From the NCBI GenBank assembly GCA_001949185.1, contig BDGG01000016.1:765759-829758 (forward strand): 64,000 nucleotides of DNA, given 5' to 3'. The notes under the pieces were generated by a model. The model did not search any database. It was given only the letters and a program-made list of their open reading frames with translations, and was not told the DNA's origin. Below, piece after piece: positions 11,449 to 24,799 of the stretch. Within the stretch, counting starts at the first letter, position 1. Each line of letters starts with the position of its first letter. A program made the position numbers and the translations under genes. This DNA is from Ramazzottius varieornatus. Lineage: Eukaryota > Animalia > Tardigrada.

Positions 11449-13524
11449 ATGAAGGCACAACTCGTCTTCCTCGGTAAGAAACGATCATTCTTTACTTACA
11501 CCTCATAGAATGGCTGGCGATATCCCGGATGTTCTTCGCAGGGCTGGTTCTTTGCCTGTCGTCGGGCAATGCTGCTCCAGTTGTTCCGTCCCTCCCCGAC
11601 GGTCCAACTTTCGGTGGCGCAACTTCTGACGCCGGAACGTCTGCAGATCCAGTGGCAAATCTAGTTGTGACGGAGGAAGCTGCTTCGGCTGAGCCGATTG
11701 ATTTACCGAACGCACCAACAATCGGTAAGGCTGATTGACAGCTGACAGTTCACTTCCGGAAGTCTCCTCCTGGGAGAACGACCACCTGAACATTTTGCTT
11801 GAACTCATTTCAGATCAGTCTGCTTCGACAGTGCCTTCTCAGCTCGGTGGAGGGATTAGTAAAGTAGCTGCTTTTGACGCTGGCCTGATGGAAACCAGTC
11901 CGAAGGATCGGGGCGATAAGAGGTTCTTTTCTTCGACAGCGGAACCACCAAAGCCAAAGCCTAATCCTCCGCCTATGACCCGCAAGACCACGATTTCGAC
12001 CACCACCAAACGCACATCGACGGTGAACTTTATAACTTAGTTTGTTTCATCGAGAGGAAGAAGTTGGAAATCATCTTCCTCTACGTTACACTTACGAGTT
12101 GCTTTCTAGGCGACGATTTTTCCTGCAACCACCACGCCGGAACCTGACACAACGGTTAGTTAGCTGCGTTTCCTCTTTGTTTCCGTTTTCTTGAAGTTGT
12201 TCGCCGATAAGGGAATGCGAAACCAGTTCCACGTGTGTCAAACATCCGATTTCTCTCCCAGACGTTGACGACGCCTGAAATCATCACGTCGGCATCAGAA
12301 AACACACTTATCAGCACGACACCTCCCACTAGGGAGCCAGTTACGGAAGGTGCGGTGGTGGAACAAGAGGTTCAGTCATCGGCTACAGTAGAACCTTCAG
12401 ACGGTAAAGAACTAATTCTCTCACCTGATGGAATACCAAGTTAACCTTATTTTATCGTTATGACCAATCAGGCTTGGTCAGTGCGCAGACGGATGTACCG
12501 GCTGCTGACCGGCAGTTGGTCCCTGATGCCGCGAAAAGTAGCAAGAAGACACCGACACAGGAACGCGCGGCGGTTCTGCTGCCGAACGCTACCGCCAAAG
12601 ATGCTACCGTGGCTGACACAGCTGACTCTTCGCCTCCTCCAACCAGCTCTTCACCGGTCGCTAAGGCTGCCAACTCGACTTATTCAACCTCAACCTCTCC
12701 GACGGAATCGGGGGAAACCAACTCGCCAACAGAACCACCGGCAGTTGAAACCGCGGCCGATAACACCGAAACGGCTACCGGCGAAAGTCGCGCCACGTCG
12801 AGCTCGGCATTTCCTTCGACGGATAACACTGCTCCTGATGTTACAGAGTCGCACACTCCACAGAGCCCTCTTCTGGCCAAGCAAGAGCCGTTGCTGCCGG
12901 TTGTTGTCTGGTCTGAAGCACCGCCAACGACAACGGAGGAGACAACCACCACCATCCAAGCTCGCGCCACCACATCTGCCAACACTTCGGAAACCTTCAA
13001 CTCCCGAACCGAACAGCAAAAGAAGGAAGATCAAGATGAGCTTCGTCTGAAGATTGCTCTAGGTGTTGTCATTCCCGTCTTCGCTCTGCTCTTCATCGCC
13101 GGAATCATCGCCTTCATGAAACAGTAAGTAAAGGAAACAAGACGCGGTTTTGCCGTGCTGCACTGTGTCACCTCTCCCAGTCGCTACGTTATGAATTTTA
13201 ATGTGGTTCTCGACGGAACGGCCTGCCATGACGGCATGACCATGTTTTTTAGGTGCCCAGGCAGCCCAGTCCCATAAATGACATGACATTACATACGTTG
13301 TGTAGTGTCATGTGCATGATTCACTTGCAGTGAACGCAGGAAGGCCTGCCATAAGAAATACTGGTTCTAACCGTTCGCCTCGCCATGCCAGTTTCTGTCG
13401 TAACGTTTTGTATTTAATTTCTTTGATTTTTTTTTCTAGTCGCAACGAGAAGGGTGTGACTGTTCTGGTGGAGCACGAGGAAGGAACCATCACCTACCCG
13501 AAACCAGCAGTAATGATCCGTTAA
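11449..13524 (+). CDS. Mucin-like Ser/Thr/Pro-rich type I membrane protein (multi-exon)
   Basis: Signal peptide MKAQLVFLG|LVLCLSSGNA, long T/S/P/E-rich exons, TM IALGVVIPVFALLFIAGIIAFM, short tail ending YPKPAVMIR*. Canonical GT-AG introns. Confidence 0.75.
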
Positions 13525-14267
13525 ATTATTGTTGGAGAATCTGAAACCCGAAAAGAACTCGGTGGGACAACATAATATTTAAGTAAACGTTATTTCCTAG
13601 TATATAAGCATGTTGTTTAATATTATCCTCTAGCCTCCAGCATTTCTTGCCAAGTTCTCAATTTTAGAATCTCTTGTTGCTCTCTTGGTGTTAAGGATCG
13701 ACTTTTGTCGTATCAGTCACGCTAACCTTTTTCGTGCCCGTTTTTTTAGACTAATGGTCAGTAATAAATTAAAACCGTACTTCAGTTGAAACAGTATTAG
13801 ACCTCGGAACATACGGTCGGTACTCGCAAGGTACTCGGTCGTGCCAAGAACTTACTGTCAGGAATGAGATTTTAGACTTTTAGTACGTCGTGGCGGACCG
13901 TGAAGGCTGCTGGTCGGAGTAGACAACATGATGAGAAACTCGAGTTGGCGCGCAGAAAAAAGAATTTCTTCAAGAATTTATGCTTTTCTTTATTCGATCC
14001 GTCATCTCGACATGTCATTCATACTTCAAAATCGCACGGTGATGAGCTGTCCAAGAAACTCGTAACAGTTGGATGTTTACCAGATTTCCTCTAGCGAACT
14101 GATCACAAAGCACCGCAAGCTCTTCGAGCTCACGTCAGACAAATTAGACAACGCGGCGCTGGCCTCACTATCACAACTGACTTCACTGTCGACAACCCAG
14201 AAGATACTCTCCGGAACCATGCAACAAGAACGCAATTCTAAGAAGAACAGTTTTTAGATCACACTCC

Positions 14268-15079
14268 TCACATTCTCTGCAAATTGTCGCCTGCATCTTT
14301 TCGTTGACGAAGCCTGATGTTTGCCGCACCGACGTTATCTCCAGTTTCCTGAATAAAACAAATACCTCAATTCAGACCCATGGAAAAATAGATGATCTGC
14401 CGATTGGAAATACAGGACGAACATATAGTGCCAAAAGCTGGATAACAATAACTTCCTCGTTGCTCACCTTGTTATGAACTTTATGGGTTCCATCGCAAAG
14501 TGGCCACTGAAAATCAACGGAAGAGGCTAATTATAACGAACAACTAACTCAGTTCGGATTATTTGATACCGGCCCACTGTTCTCTGGGAGAGGGGGAGTA
14601 CTACAAAGCACAATTACTATACCTTAGCCGATTTGAAGCACCGACAGATTGAGAGTTTCTTGCCGTCACTAATATCCTCAATATCAATTTCAATATTGTC
14701 CGTAATTTTCTGCTTGTGCTTCTGGAAGTCAGGGTTTATCCAAAACCTCCTGTTCCTTCGACCGTTCGGTATCCTTCTTAGGAGCGACTCGGGAAGCAAG
14801 GTGTAAACTCCTCGTGCTGTGATGTAGCCGAAGAGTCCGACTGCTCCTGTAAACGCAGCCAACCTCATCCATTCTGAAACTACACAGCATCGCCACATGC
14901 ACGTACAGTTTTTGCCACATTAGATGCAGGAAGTAACTAGAGGACTCGCACAAGTACGCCAGGGCCTGGGTACACTACTTACATGTTAGATCGCGGAAGC
15001 CTCCAATCGTTTTTGGTACTGGCAGACTGCTGAAATATGAAGGAACACTGTGCGTAATCCCTCTGTTTAGACTGTCCAT
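14268..15079 (-). CDS. CISD2: CDGSH iron-sulfur domain protein (CISD1/CISD2, mitoNEET/NAF-1 family), 4 exons
   Basis: N-terminal YFSSLPVPKTIGGF, TM helix, CRCFKSAK|WPLCDGTHKVHNK|ETGDNVG 2Fe-2S motif. Confidence 0.9.
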
Positions 15080-15490
15080 TTCGATTCCCAGGAGAGTAAA
15101 GAGATGCAGCGAACTAGAAGAGCTCTGCAAAGACCGGTGGACGGTCTCGGAGTTAGAGGGTTTGGGATGCGAAGCAGCGAACGAACCATCGCAGAAATGG
15201 CACAAAACTTGATAGATATCAGAGATAAAGATTATGGAACTGCAATAAAATGACGTCTTCCGCCGGAAGCGGAAATTTGGAAGCACGCAATCAACGATCC
15301 CAATCAATGGAATTGAGAACCACACGGTAAGAGCAAGCAATTAGAGACTCACACATTAGGAATGTTCAGATACCCAGCTGTCGCGAACTAAATTGCGAAA
15401 GATCGTGTTGATTCTAACAATCGCAGCACAAAGAAGACGCTAAAACAGAACACCAGCAACCATCGACAATCTTCGCGAAGGATCGAACAC

Positions 15491-15940
15491 TTAGAAGGCC
15501 AGCTTCTTCATGAGCAAATAGACATTGTTATCCACTTCAAAATTTAGCAAGTTACTGGGGTCGCCTTGAAGGCGCATCAAGAGACCACCAAAGGAAACGT
15601 ACGCTGCCAATCGGCCAGTCTCGCTGGAGGCATCGTCATCCAGACGGTAGATTTTCCCGTACATAATGTACTCGTACTGGTCAGCCTTCGGGAAGCGGGA
15701 TATATCTTGGTATTCCGCATCTTCTTCACTGGTCTCCTCTCCCAGGGACTTCGCGATGACGAGACGGAACTTGTCGCCGAGTTCAATGGGGTAGATCTGG
15801 ATGTTGACGTCGAGAATCAGGTCCATCTTGAAGGATTCACTTTCGCAGTGCAGACGCGAGACACGGTCGAACTTCCTGCCTTCTGGATCAATGTCTTTAA
15901 CGTCGAAAATATCCTCAAAGATGACTCCTGATGATGCCAT
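15491..15940 (-). CDS. POLR2H: RNA polymerases I/II/III shared subunit RPB8 (149 aa, intronless CDS)
   Basis: [40 protein letters not shown]...[14 protein letters not shown]...YLLMKKLAF. Confidence 0.97.
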   Translation of the reverse strand: MASSGVIFEDIFDVKDIDPEGRKFDRVSRLHCESESFKMDLILDVNIQIYPIELGDKFRLVIAKSLGEETSEEDAEYQDISRFPKADQYEYIMYGKIYRLDDDASSETGRLAAYVSFGGLLMRLQGDPSNLLNFEVDNNVYLLMKKLAF

Positions 15941-16576
15941 TGTACTAAATTCTGCTAGAATAAGGACCAGGCTACCCACATGTAAAGAATCGATTAAGCC
16001 GCTCGTACAAAATGAGTAGCTTACCTGGGACGATGCGATGTGCAGTAACAAACCCACAGGTCTATCTGCACGAGCGGATACTCCAGCACGACCTACAGCT
16101 CCCACAATTCAGGTGATGTGGTGATTCAGAAGGAGAACTGATTCGAGAGAAGAAGAAAAAAGAAACTTTTGTAAAGGAAAAACGTGCGCTACGGCCTGCC
16201 ATAACAGACTGCAATGCAAAACACAACAGGTGGTGCCGATCGCTTGATTGCTTGATTAGCCTTGAGTGTCTGACAAGTAGCCGCAGTTGATTTTTTGATT
16301 TCCTTTCTGCGTCTGAAATCTAAATTTGGCAACCGTTCAAAATTTTAATTTTTAATCCTGTTTTTTTTCCCCATGTCATGAACTTCATCCGACGAAGTCC
16401 AGAAGTTCTCCAGTTCCTTCTCTTCATAACGCTAGATCTGCTGCTAAGTCTTGACAGAAGCGACCGTGTGAGAGCTAGTAAGCTGGCCGAACTGGCATTA
16501 GCGGAATCCACACAGCAAGTTGACTTATCCCGCGTTTTTCGTTGCAGGCTAGTGAGACTATCCTGCCAGCTGACGA

Positions 16577-19057
16577 ATGGAGGCGGGATACGCAGGCTTG
16601 GCCGAGAACATCAACTGGAACTTTTTGTCGAACGAAGGACCCTTCAGCAACCCTACTAACCGTTCGAAAAGTATTGGTGATGGTTCAGGTTATTCATTCG
16701 GCCACGACTTTGCCGATCCACACTTCGCTAACATCGCTGACCAGCTGGCTCATGAAGACTTTTTCGACGCGGCTGATGTGCTAGGTGGGAGACAGAACCT
16801 GTACGATATCAAGTTTGCGCCGAACCCTGACCTGGACAAGTCGGGACTGCACCATGAAGCGCACGTTCCACGGACAGATTCCATGTCGCCAAAGTCTGAA
16901 GATGAGTGCCTGTCAGTGAATGGATACTTTCAGCGTAGATCGGCCTATAGCTGCAACAGGGAACATCCGGATGACGATTACTTGTCCTGCTTGAGCAAAG
17001 GCGATAAAGAGGTACGGTCCGAATATCCTCGATCGATGTTTTCGAAACAGGAAACTGAGGGGAAATTCTTATTATAGGAACTGGACTTTGATGGGAATGT
17101 CGTGGAAGAACGCCGCTCGACTTTGACTAAGCACGATCTATTCCGAATTATCGAAGTAAACGGTAAGAAAGATAAAAAATCGTTGGTATTTACTCCATCT
17201 TAATGTTCTGCATTCCCTAAGAACCAGTAAAGTTTTCGGTGAATTTTCGGTGTAAAGTTTTCGGTGGAAAAAGGTCGGCAAATGAACTCGACATGTTGGT
17301 TCTTCCAAGTGACGCACGCTTACAGTGGCATTGGCTAGAAGCGTGCAACACTTGGTCGAGTTCTTTTGTCGAGCTCCCAAATTTTTATTATTGTATAATC
17401 ATTTTCCCCTTGCAGATGCCAATAGAGTTCGTAAGCAAAAGGGTCCGTCCTCTGTATGTTCCAGTACATCCACCAGTCGTAGCAGTTCCATCGGTACGGT
17501 CGCCGCTCTGGCGGTACTGGACCGCATTCTCGACAACGTATCCTCCGACGATGGGGACGAAAGCTTGCGCCCTTCCATCATTCCTCCAAAGATGACACGA
17601 TCCGAACCAGTTCTTCCGACCATAACACAGCAGGGCACTCACTTCGATCGAGCTGTTCGTTTCGACGCACCTTCGAGTTTGAACAAGTCGCCGAAGGCCG
17701 TAGCGAAACAACGCCTTGGCTTCGCCACTTCCACACCAGCCATCAAAGATACTGGAAGGCCTTTTGCTAACTTGATGAAAGAACGACCACAGCAAGCTTC
17801 AGTGCAAGGTGGGCATCCTCGGAAGCTAAGCCGAGTCTTTCCAAATTTAAAAGACGAAATTTGGGAGTGCACTTGATGTTTTTTCGAACTCTGTGAGAAA
17901 CTGGCCAACGAACTGCGACAAACTTTCACGTACCTGCGTACATCGGAATCGTGCTAGAATCAAGGCTTTATGTGAATGGAGGTGCCTGAGGTGATACCTG
18001 TTTTTCTTGTTTTCTTCAAATGCATACGCAAGTCGCTTGCTACAGTCTGTCCTGCGTGTTGGCAGGTGGATGACGGTCAGTTACTTGGTTTTGTGACTTT
18101 ATTCTAATCCTGTGATTTTGATTTACAGACGGAAACGAGACGGTGTTTTTGGGTAACAAGACCGAAGAAATCCTCCGCCGTGCCAACAACGTCCTGGAAA
18201 GGATCGGCCGCATGAAAGAGAACATCAAAGAATCAGAAGAGCACGACATGCGTCGTCACTCTTCGCACCAACCACGGCCCTCACTTCCGCCGCCTCTCCG
18301 TAACGAACCAAGACTTGACCGTCCTCACTCACCAGAACCTTCCTCACACTATCGACCTCGTAACGACCCGCGCAGCGAACCGTCCTCTGCGAAGCCTCGG
18401 CAGAGTCTACATGTCTCTATGAAGAGTATCGAGATCCAGACGGACAGTGAACACACGAGTATCAACCACGATGTGTCTAACCTGTCCAGTGGGTATCAGA
18501 ACTCGACACTCTTGGAACAGACCACTTATCCTATCCCGAGAAGTAGTGCTCCGAAGAGGGACTTGTGTGTAGCTACGCATAGGATCTTCTTCCCTCCAAC
18601 CGAGGTGGGCGAATCGTCGTCGGCCAAACTACAGATCAAAAACTACACCAGCCAAGTCTACCAGGTATGCAAACCAAACACGAATCGGAGCCCGGCAAAC
18701 AAAATCGTTCTCCCAAGTGGCGCACTCTTCCAGCCAAGAACATTGCAAGTGTGCGCCACCTGCTGCATCGATCTTGTCGAGTTTGTTTACCAAGCTCCCA
18801 AACAGCTCACTTTCTGCTTGTAATATGTTCCTCTGTTTCAGCTTCAGTTTTCCTTCCTGACGCCAACGAGCGTCTTCCAGAACCGTTACGACAATATCAA
18901 CATTCAGCCTCGGCGCTTCCTCAACCTTCCATTACGGTTCGTGCCTACTGAAACTGGGTACTGGGAGACCAAAGTCAAGATCGTAGGTCGACCTGGCGAG
19001 ATCGTCATGGTGGTCGATCTTGTTGGAGAAGGAATAATGGGCATCAGACAACATTAA
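16577..19057 (+). CDS. Short Cep192/Spd-2-like protein (~554 aa, single C-terminal ASH domain)
   Basis: Exons 16577-17011, 17078-17162, 17416-17808, 18129-18664, 18842-19057 splice in frame. The C-terminus FFPPTEVGESSSAKLQIKN...IQPRRFLNLPLRFVP..G...VDLVGEG matches the last Cep192 ASH domain pattern. Confidence 0.65.
17275..17378. repeat. Palindromic N25 element (Cep192-like intron 2)
   Basis: Core 17307-17353 AAGTGACGCAC-N25-GTGCAACACTT. Confidence 0.88.
18686..18799. repeat. Palindromic N25 element (Cep192-like intron 4)
   Basis: Core 18715-18761 AAGTGGCGCAC-N25-GTGCGCCACCT; arm ATCTTGTCGAGTTTGTTT. Confidence 0.92.
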
Positions 19058-19319
19058 AAGCCGTCATATTTTTGAAATTACGCTCTGTTTTACTTCCAGA
19101 AGTTTTCTCAAAATTAAGTTCCTCGAATGGGTATTTTGCCTTTTTAGACTTTACACAGTATTAGTCTGCTTCTCATTTTTCAAGCCTTTATAATGTGTCA
19201 TCCGTCCGCTGAGTATTTTTATTCTCGAGTCTGCAAAAAATTTCACCTCTTTGTCCACCTGTGTAAAAATCAAACAAGAATCGTCCTCAGTTCGACAAAC
19301 AAAAAATTATGAAATGAAA

Positions 19320-22300
19320 TCACATGTCTAAATCATCGGAAGAGTTCTCAGTCGTCCCGTTCTGCTCAACTGTTTCGTTTTTGAGGCCGGCTCGATACAG
19401 CTGGTCTAGAATGGCCGGAACTTTCTCTATACCATTCTCGGCTCCGGCTGTCCGAATGGCCATTAGAGGTTTCAGGGCTACGCGAAGGGAGTCGTAAAGG
19501 CCGGGGTAGAGGAGTTCTTGAGCAGTGAGCAGCTGCTTCACTCGGAAACGCTCTTTCGGAGCATTGAAGCATGCTGCAATGAGAAACACTAAAGTTAGCC
19601 GACCGGTCTCCATTACTGATACTTTCGTGGCAAAACGTCACCTGGACAGTTTTCGGATATGACCGGTAGGTGCTTGGTTTGAGCGAAGAGTCTCGTGTAC
19701 TTTTCACGAACGTAGACGAGAGGTCGGATCACACGAAGATCTTCCTCAACCTACCCAAAGAAAGTTCGCATTTACCATAATGATCACCGTATCTCACCTC
19801 GATAAAACGCTGTACAAGAAAGGACAAGTTCGATCACGACAAGTTGCTACGACGGATCTCACTGCTCACCACTGAATAACTGGCTTTCATGGTTCGTAAA
19901 CGACCGTTATGGAATACCGACATCAGGAAGCTGGAAATGAGAAATATTGATACCTGACGGCCAACTATTTTTTTGCGAAACGCATCGGGAAAGACTAAAA
20001 TACCTTTCGGCGAGGTCGTCTAGGTGTTGGCCGAAGGCAAGAACATTGTAGCCGTTCCTCCTTGCACAAGCGTACAACCTACCGCGCTTCATCCGACTGC
20101 AGAAGCTGCATATAGAGTTAAGTTCTTCCACTGTCATGGCGTGATCCATGATGCCTGCAAACGGCTCAGATTTAAATATACAGAGAACGTCAAGCTACCT
20201 ATGCCACCAAAGATCGCCACTACCAAGTTGAAAATTCTCGTTGGACAAGCATAACGAACGCACCTTGTTCTTCGTAAAAGTATGGCATTCCGAGGCTCTT
20301 CAAGTAAGGCTTCAAGGGCCGAGGATCGAACGAAGTGGCGCCAGGATCCACCGTCACAGCACCCAGGTCGATTGATATGCCCTGCGAAAACAAAACCTTT
20401 CAGTTGAAACGTCACGTGAGTATCGGTACCACTCGGTAAAAAGAGGCCTTCTTACGATCGACTTGGCGTAAAACTGGTACTGACGCATGGCGTGGAGGAG
20501 GCTTAAAGAGTCCTTCCCACCTAAAACAAGCATGGTACAACCAAGAAGAAGCGTAGAAAAATGTCACGAGCAGCTCTCCCTCGAGGACTCCAGGAATACG
20601 ATACCTGATAGACAAACGAGAACTCGATCGCCATTCTTGATCATTTCGAATTCGTGAATAGCCTAAAAATACCAAGAACCATCCCTTTTCTTTAGATTGC
20701 TGAGATCTAGTCAGGTAACGTTGACAATGAAGTCCATCGTACACTTACTGTAAGCATCGGTTTCCAAATTTCTTTCGGTGGGTTACGCCATATCGTTTTC
20801 CGTCCAGCGCTTCTTTTCGCCACTGACTCGTTACGCCGATTCTCCTCTTCAGCAGGATCAACGGGTTGCCGACGAACCAAGCAACAGTTGTTACTGCTAC
20901 CACCACACGGCCCACAGCCATTCTCAGCCTTCACTTCCGGTTCCTCCCTTCCATTCATCTTCCCCTTCTCCACGACTACATTTTCTTTGTTTTCCACCGA
21001 GCTATACCTTCTAGGTTCAAACGGCATCTTGTCAGCCTTCTGTACATTTCCTATCCCCAAGAGGATGTTCCTGGCTTCACTGGCCAGGAGGAACCATCGT
21101 AAGTTGGCCGCGCGTTCGTCAAAGATGACCTCCTGGTCCGCAATCTTATAGCGGTGCCCGGCTTTCTCTGCATTTCGAAATACCTTATCTGCTTCGAGGA
21201 GGACAGCTGCAAAGTCTTTCGGTGCGGCCTCTCGAGTGGCCAACTTCGGGTAGCGTAGTCCGGATGAAGTGAAAGTGGTAGAGCTGAGCCACTTCCGGTC
21301 TTGGAAAGTTGTCTGATCGAGATGACGCCATTCGGCCGTCTCGGGGTTGAGCTGGTATTGCGGCAGTAGTCGCCATCCGTGTGAAGCTACCATCTTTATG
21401 CCTTCACAGACGAACTTCACCTGTAGAACCAGTCAACAGAGTCAGATATCAATCGAATTCCACACATACTGTACATAGGACAGAGCGATGAACATGAAGA
21501 TTGCCAACATTCTTACCTCGTCGTCCGTAAAGAAGTACGGGAAGTTGACTCGCACAAAGCCGGGCCTAAGCACTTCCCGCTGCGAAAACTCCACTTCCCA
21601 TCGATGCATCTGCAACCTCGGGTCCTCCATCAGCACCTCCTCGATCTCTTGAGCCAGTGCCAGGCCTATACCTAGTAAGTGCTGAGCATAAGGTCCTGCA
21701 CAGGCACACCCAGCTCGCGACTGGATGCCGAACAGGTCGTTGAGGAGAGCCGAGACATAGTTATGGTGAAGTAGGCGGTTCGAAGCTTCGTGTCGAATGA
21801 CGAAGGAGAAGATGGCCAACCGTGGCGAGTCGAAATTACCTATCAAAGTCCGTGTTTAGCTTATTCGAAAGTCAGAACTCGATTTAAAAACTTCACCGCC
21901 TGATCGAGGTTAATATTTTCGGATTTTCTCTTTTGTTTGGGGCGTTGACAGATAAATTCACCCAGACAACTATGTCAAATCGCGCACAATTTCGTTGTTA
22001 CTGACTGGCACCATGCGCCACTTGAGAAAACAATCTGGGTGAATACATTTGCCTCATTTCATCTGATTTGATTTAAAATAGACTTTTCCAGTATTTTGAA
22101 CTGGGTGCAAGCATTTGATACCTAACAGAATGAGGTTCGGTACATCACGAAGTTCCTGTAGGACTAATCGTACGATATGATCGTCGCGCTGCTTGATCAC
22201 TTCCGTCGTCACAGCGTCCTTGAGACGGAAGACCAACCCAGCTCGGATAGCTTCGACAATGGCCGGTGTCCCCCCTTCTTCGCGATTCTCGATCTCTTTC

Positions 22301-23607
22301 AAGTACCGATGGGTATTCTATAAAACGAGCACACGTCGATGAATGCTTCTGATGTAGTAAATTAACAGACAGGGAGTATAACGAAGAAATTACGCTGTTG
22401 ACGAAGAAGACGGTTCCGCCACCATGCTGATCCGGCACCGGGTTGACGAAGAGTTTCTTCTTGGCCACGAGAATGCCTGGCGTACTCACGCCTCCCATGA
22501 ACTTGTGCACAGAGAAGACTATGGCGTCTTTATGCGTGAGGCGTGACTGGTCCGATGAGACAAAGGGGTTCATGTTGATCGCTTCGTACGGCGCGCTTGC
22601 CGAAAAGTCCCTGAAAGACATGACCAGCTAGAAAATCATGCTTTCCTTTCGACGAACGTTAACACTAGTTACGAGAAGTATCTTTTGGGATTTACCAGAT
22701 GGCAAGAGCGCCGTGTTGATGGAGCAACATAGTAATGCTGTCCGTATCGGTTAGGATGCCTGTGACATTCGACGCAGCCGAGAAACACCCGATCAAGCGT
22801 CGTCCGGAAGTCCGTCTTCTCGTCAGTTCCTCTTTGAGAATGTGGCGGTCAATCTGTCCCAAGTTATCCTCTGAGATCGTGACGATGTCGCTTTGGGCTT
22901 CTCGCCAAGGGAGAATCACGGAATGATGCTCGTACGGTCCTGTCAAAATTGACCAGGAAATTTGGATAAATTCATCACGCTTTGCGGAAAAAGTTTTCAG
23001 CAAATTTGGACATTTCTCGACTTGTGTTTACCGATGAAGACTACAGGAGGTTCGGTTAGATGCAGTCCCCGGATGAGCTTGTGCATAGCTCCCGTGCTTC
23101 CTGATCCGCAAAAGAGGACTGCGTCACTCTCGCTAGCGTTGACCGAATTGCGAATGATGGACCGAGCTTCGTCTTTGAACATCGTCGTCTGCAGTGATGA
23201 CACTGTGGTTGTGGTATGCGTACTCCCATAATGCGGCTACAAAAATAGAGTCATTAACGAGGTATGTTTCCCACAAAAGGAACCGCAGTGGGTCTTACCA
23301 GAACTTCGTTACGTATGTAGTCTTCGATAAACGATAGCGATTTTCCTGAGGCGGTGTAGTCGCAGTACAGCACATTCCTGGTGCCAAACGGCGAGGTAAA
23401 GGCTAGGTCTTTTCCGATTATACTCCGAGATATATAGGGAAGAAGAGCTTCTTTCTTCAACGGGGTACCACCCGTCGCTGGAGGATCGGAGCTCGGCTGG
23501 GCCAGCTGTTTCGGTAGATCGTACAGATGACGGTGTCCAAATTCCCGCGATGCCTCCAGTCCGTTCGTTCGCCGCCCTTCCGGTGTCTGCACCTTTGTCG
23601 GAGCCAT
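19320..23607 (-). CDS. Class V PLP aminotransferase/cysteine desulfurase-like domain fused to TtcA-family PP-loop tRNA thiolase (14 exons, ~993 aa)
   Basis: N-half: YCDYTASG, GPYEHHS, WDFSASAPY, FSVHK (PLP Lys), EEGGTP, RAGCACAGPY. C-half: CLSGGKDS, CSFCSRMKRG, GQHLDD, VIRPL, ENCPAC. All introns GT-AG; spliced CDS 2982 nt and open. Confidence 0.9.
21948..22053. repeat. Palindromic N25 element (desulfurase-TtcA intron)
   Basis: Core 21977-22023; arms TTCACCCAGA / TCTGGGTGAA. Confidence 0.85.
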
Positions 23608-24799
23608 CTTTGCACCGTCTGTAAAAGAAGCGAAGGAAAGTACTTCCAGCCGGAAAAAAATTCAGCAGCGTAGCACTGATGTGCTGCTGAAGCGCGCGTT
23701 GCTGGAAGGAAAGACGCTGTGAAGTATCCTTGATGTCATGCGTCAAAGCATAATGTGGGGCAGATTTTAGTCAGGACATAATCATTCTGTGACGTACCAG
23801 ATTGTTAATCTGACCGAAAAGTAAGACCATTCAATCAACCTCCACCGCAGCTTGGGTATGAAAAAGAAACAAAACCACACTTCGATTGATTGAGTGTACC
23901 TGTTAGCTCAATATCTGAAAAAGCACTTCTACCGGGATTCGACGGCAAGGTTTCCTATATACGAAACCTGGCTCCGGTAAATTTATGGCCTTCCATTTTA
24001 ATTTTACGTGTTTTAGTTTGCCATGCTTCGACAGACGCGCGCTTCAGCAGCACATCAGTGCAGCGTAAACCGTAGAACGGGTGACTTTTAACGAGTAATT
24101 ACGAGTTATCGGAACACCATAGTACGTGCGACCAGCTGGCTGCTCGTTCGCAGTTCGCACCATGGAAGAATGAAACCAACACGATAACATGACTTGACCT
24201 GACATGATATATCAATAACGACTCGGTGTCACGGAGTTAGTGATGTTCTAATATAGTAATACTATATTAAAGTACTATATTAAAGTAGATGATAGTAGAT
24301 GGTTTGAGCATCTACTATATTTAGTAACATTTGGTAAACAGTCATTTTGGCGTACTTTGTTCGCAGCATGTCTCATGTTCTAGGTTTCAGGTCAACTCAG
24401 CCAGTACATTAAATAATCCTAAAGAACCGGTCCATCTCTGGCTGGACAAACAATACAAGATTGTCTCTTGCAAGAAAGGGTTTCTGAACTTGCTCGAAAA
24501 CGCACGAGTTCACGCTGGAACATGATGACAGAACGGCCTGCCATACCAGGTTCCATTGCATAAACAGCTGACAGATTGCATGTGCGTGCCATCGTTCTCG
24601 TTGAACGAGTGCATGCGCTTTACATTCGATTTGGCTTGCGCAACAGAAGCCCTGCCCCGCAGTGACGTGTTGGTCTTTTTTGCTCGCGGACTGCCTTTTC
24701 GTATAGCTATACAACGCATCCCCGCACTTTTTCGGACAGACTTTTCGGACGGTTTCGAAGAACTACAAAAGGCGCGTAGCATTCTGTTGTTTCCGAGAG

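Noticed and set aside
15941-16105. 55-aa N-terminal extension of RPB8 in the ORF track
   Set aside because: It starts at a non-ATG codon and spans an apparent 5' UTR intron; the canonical protein starts at 15940.
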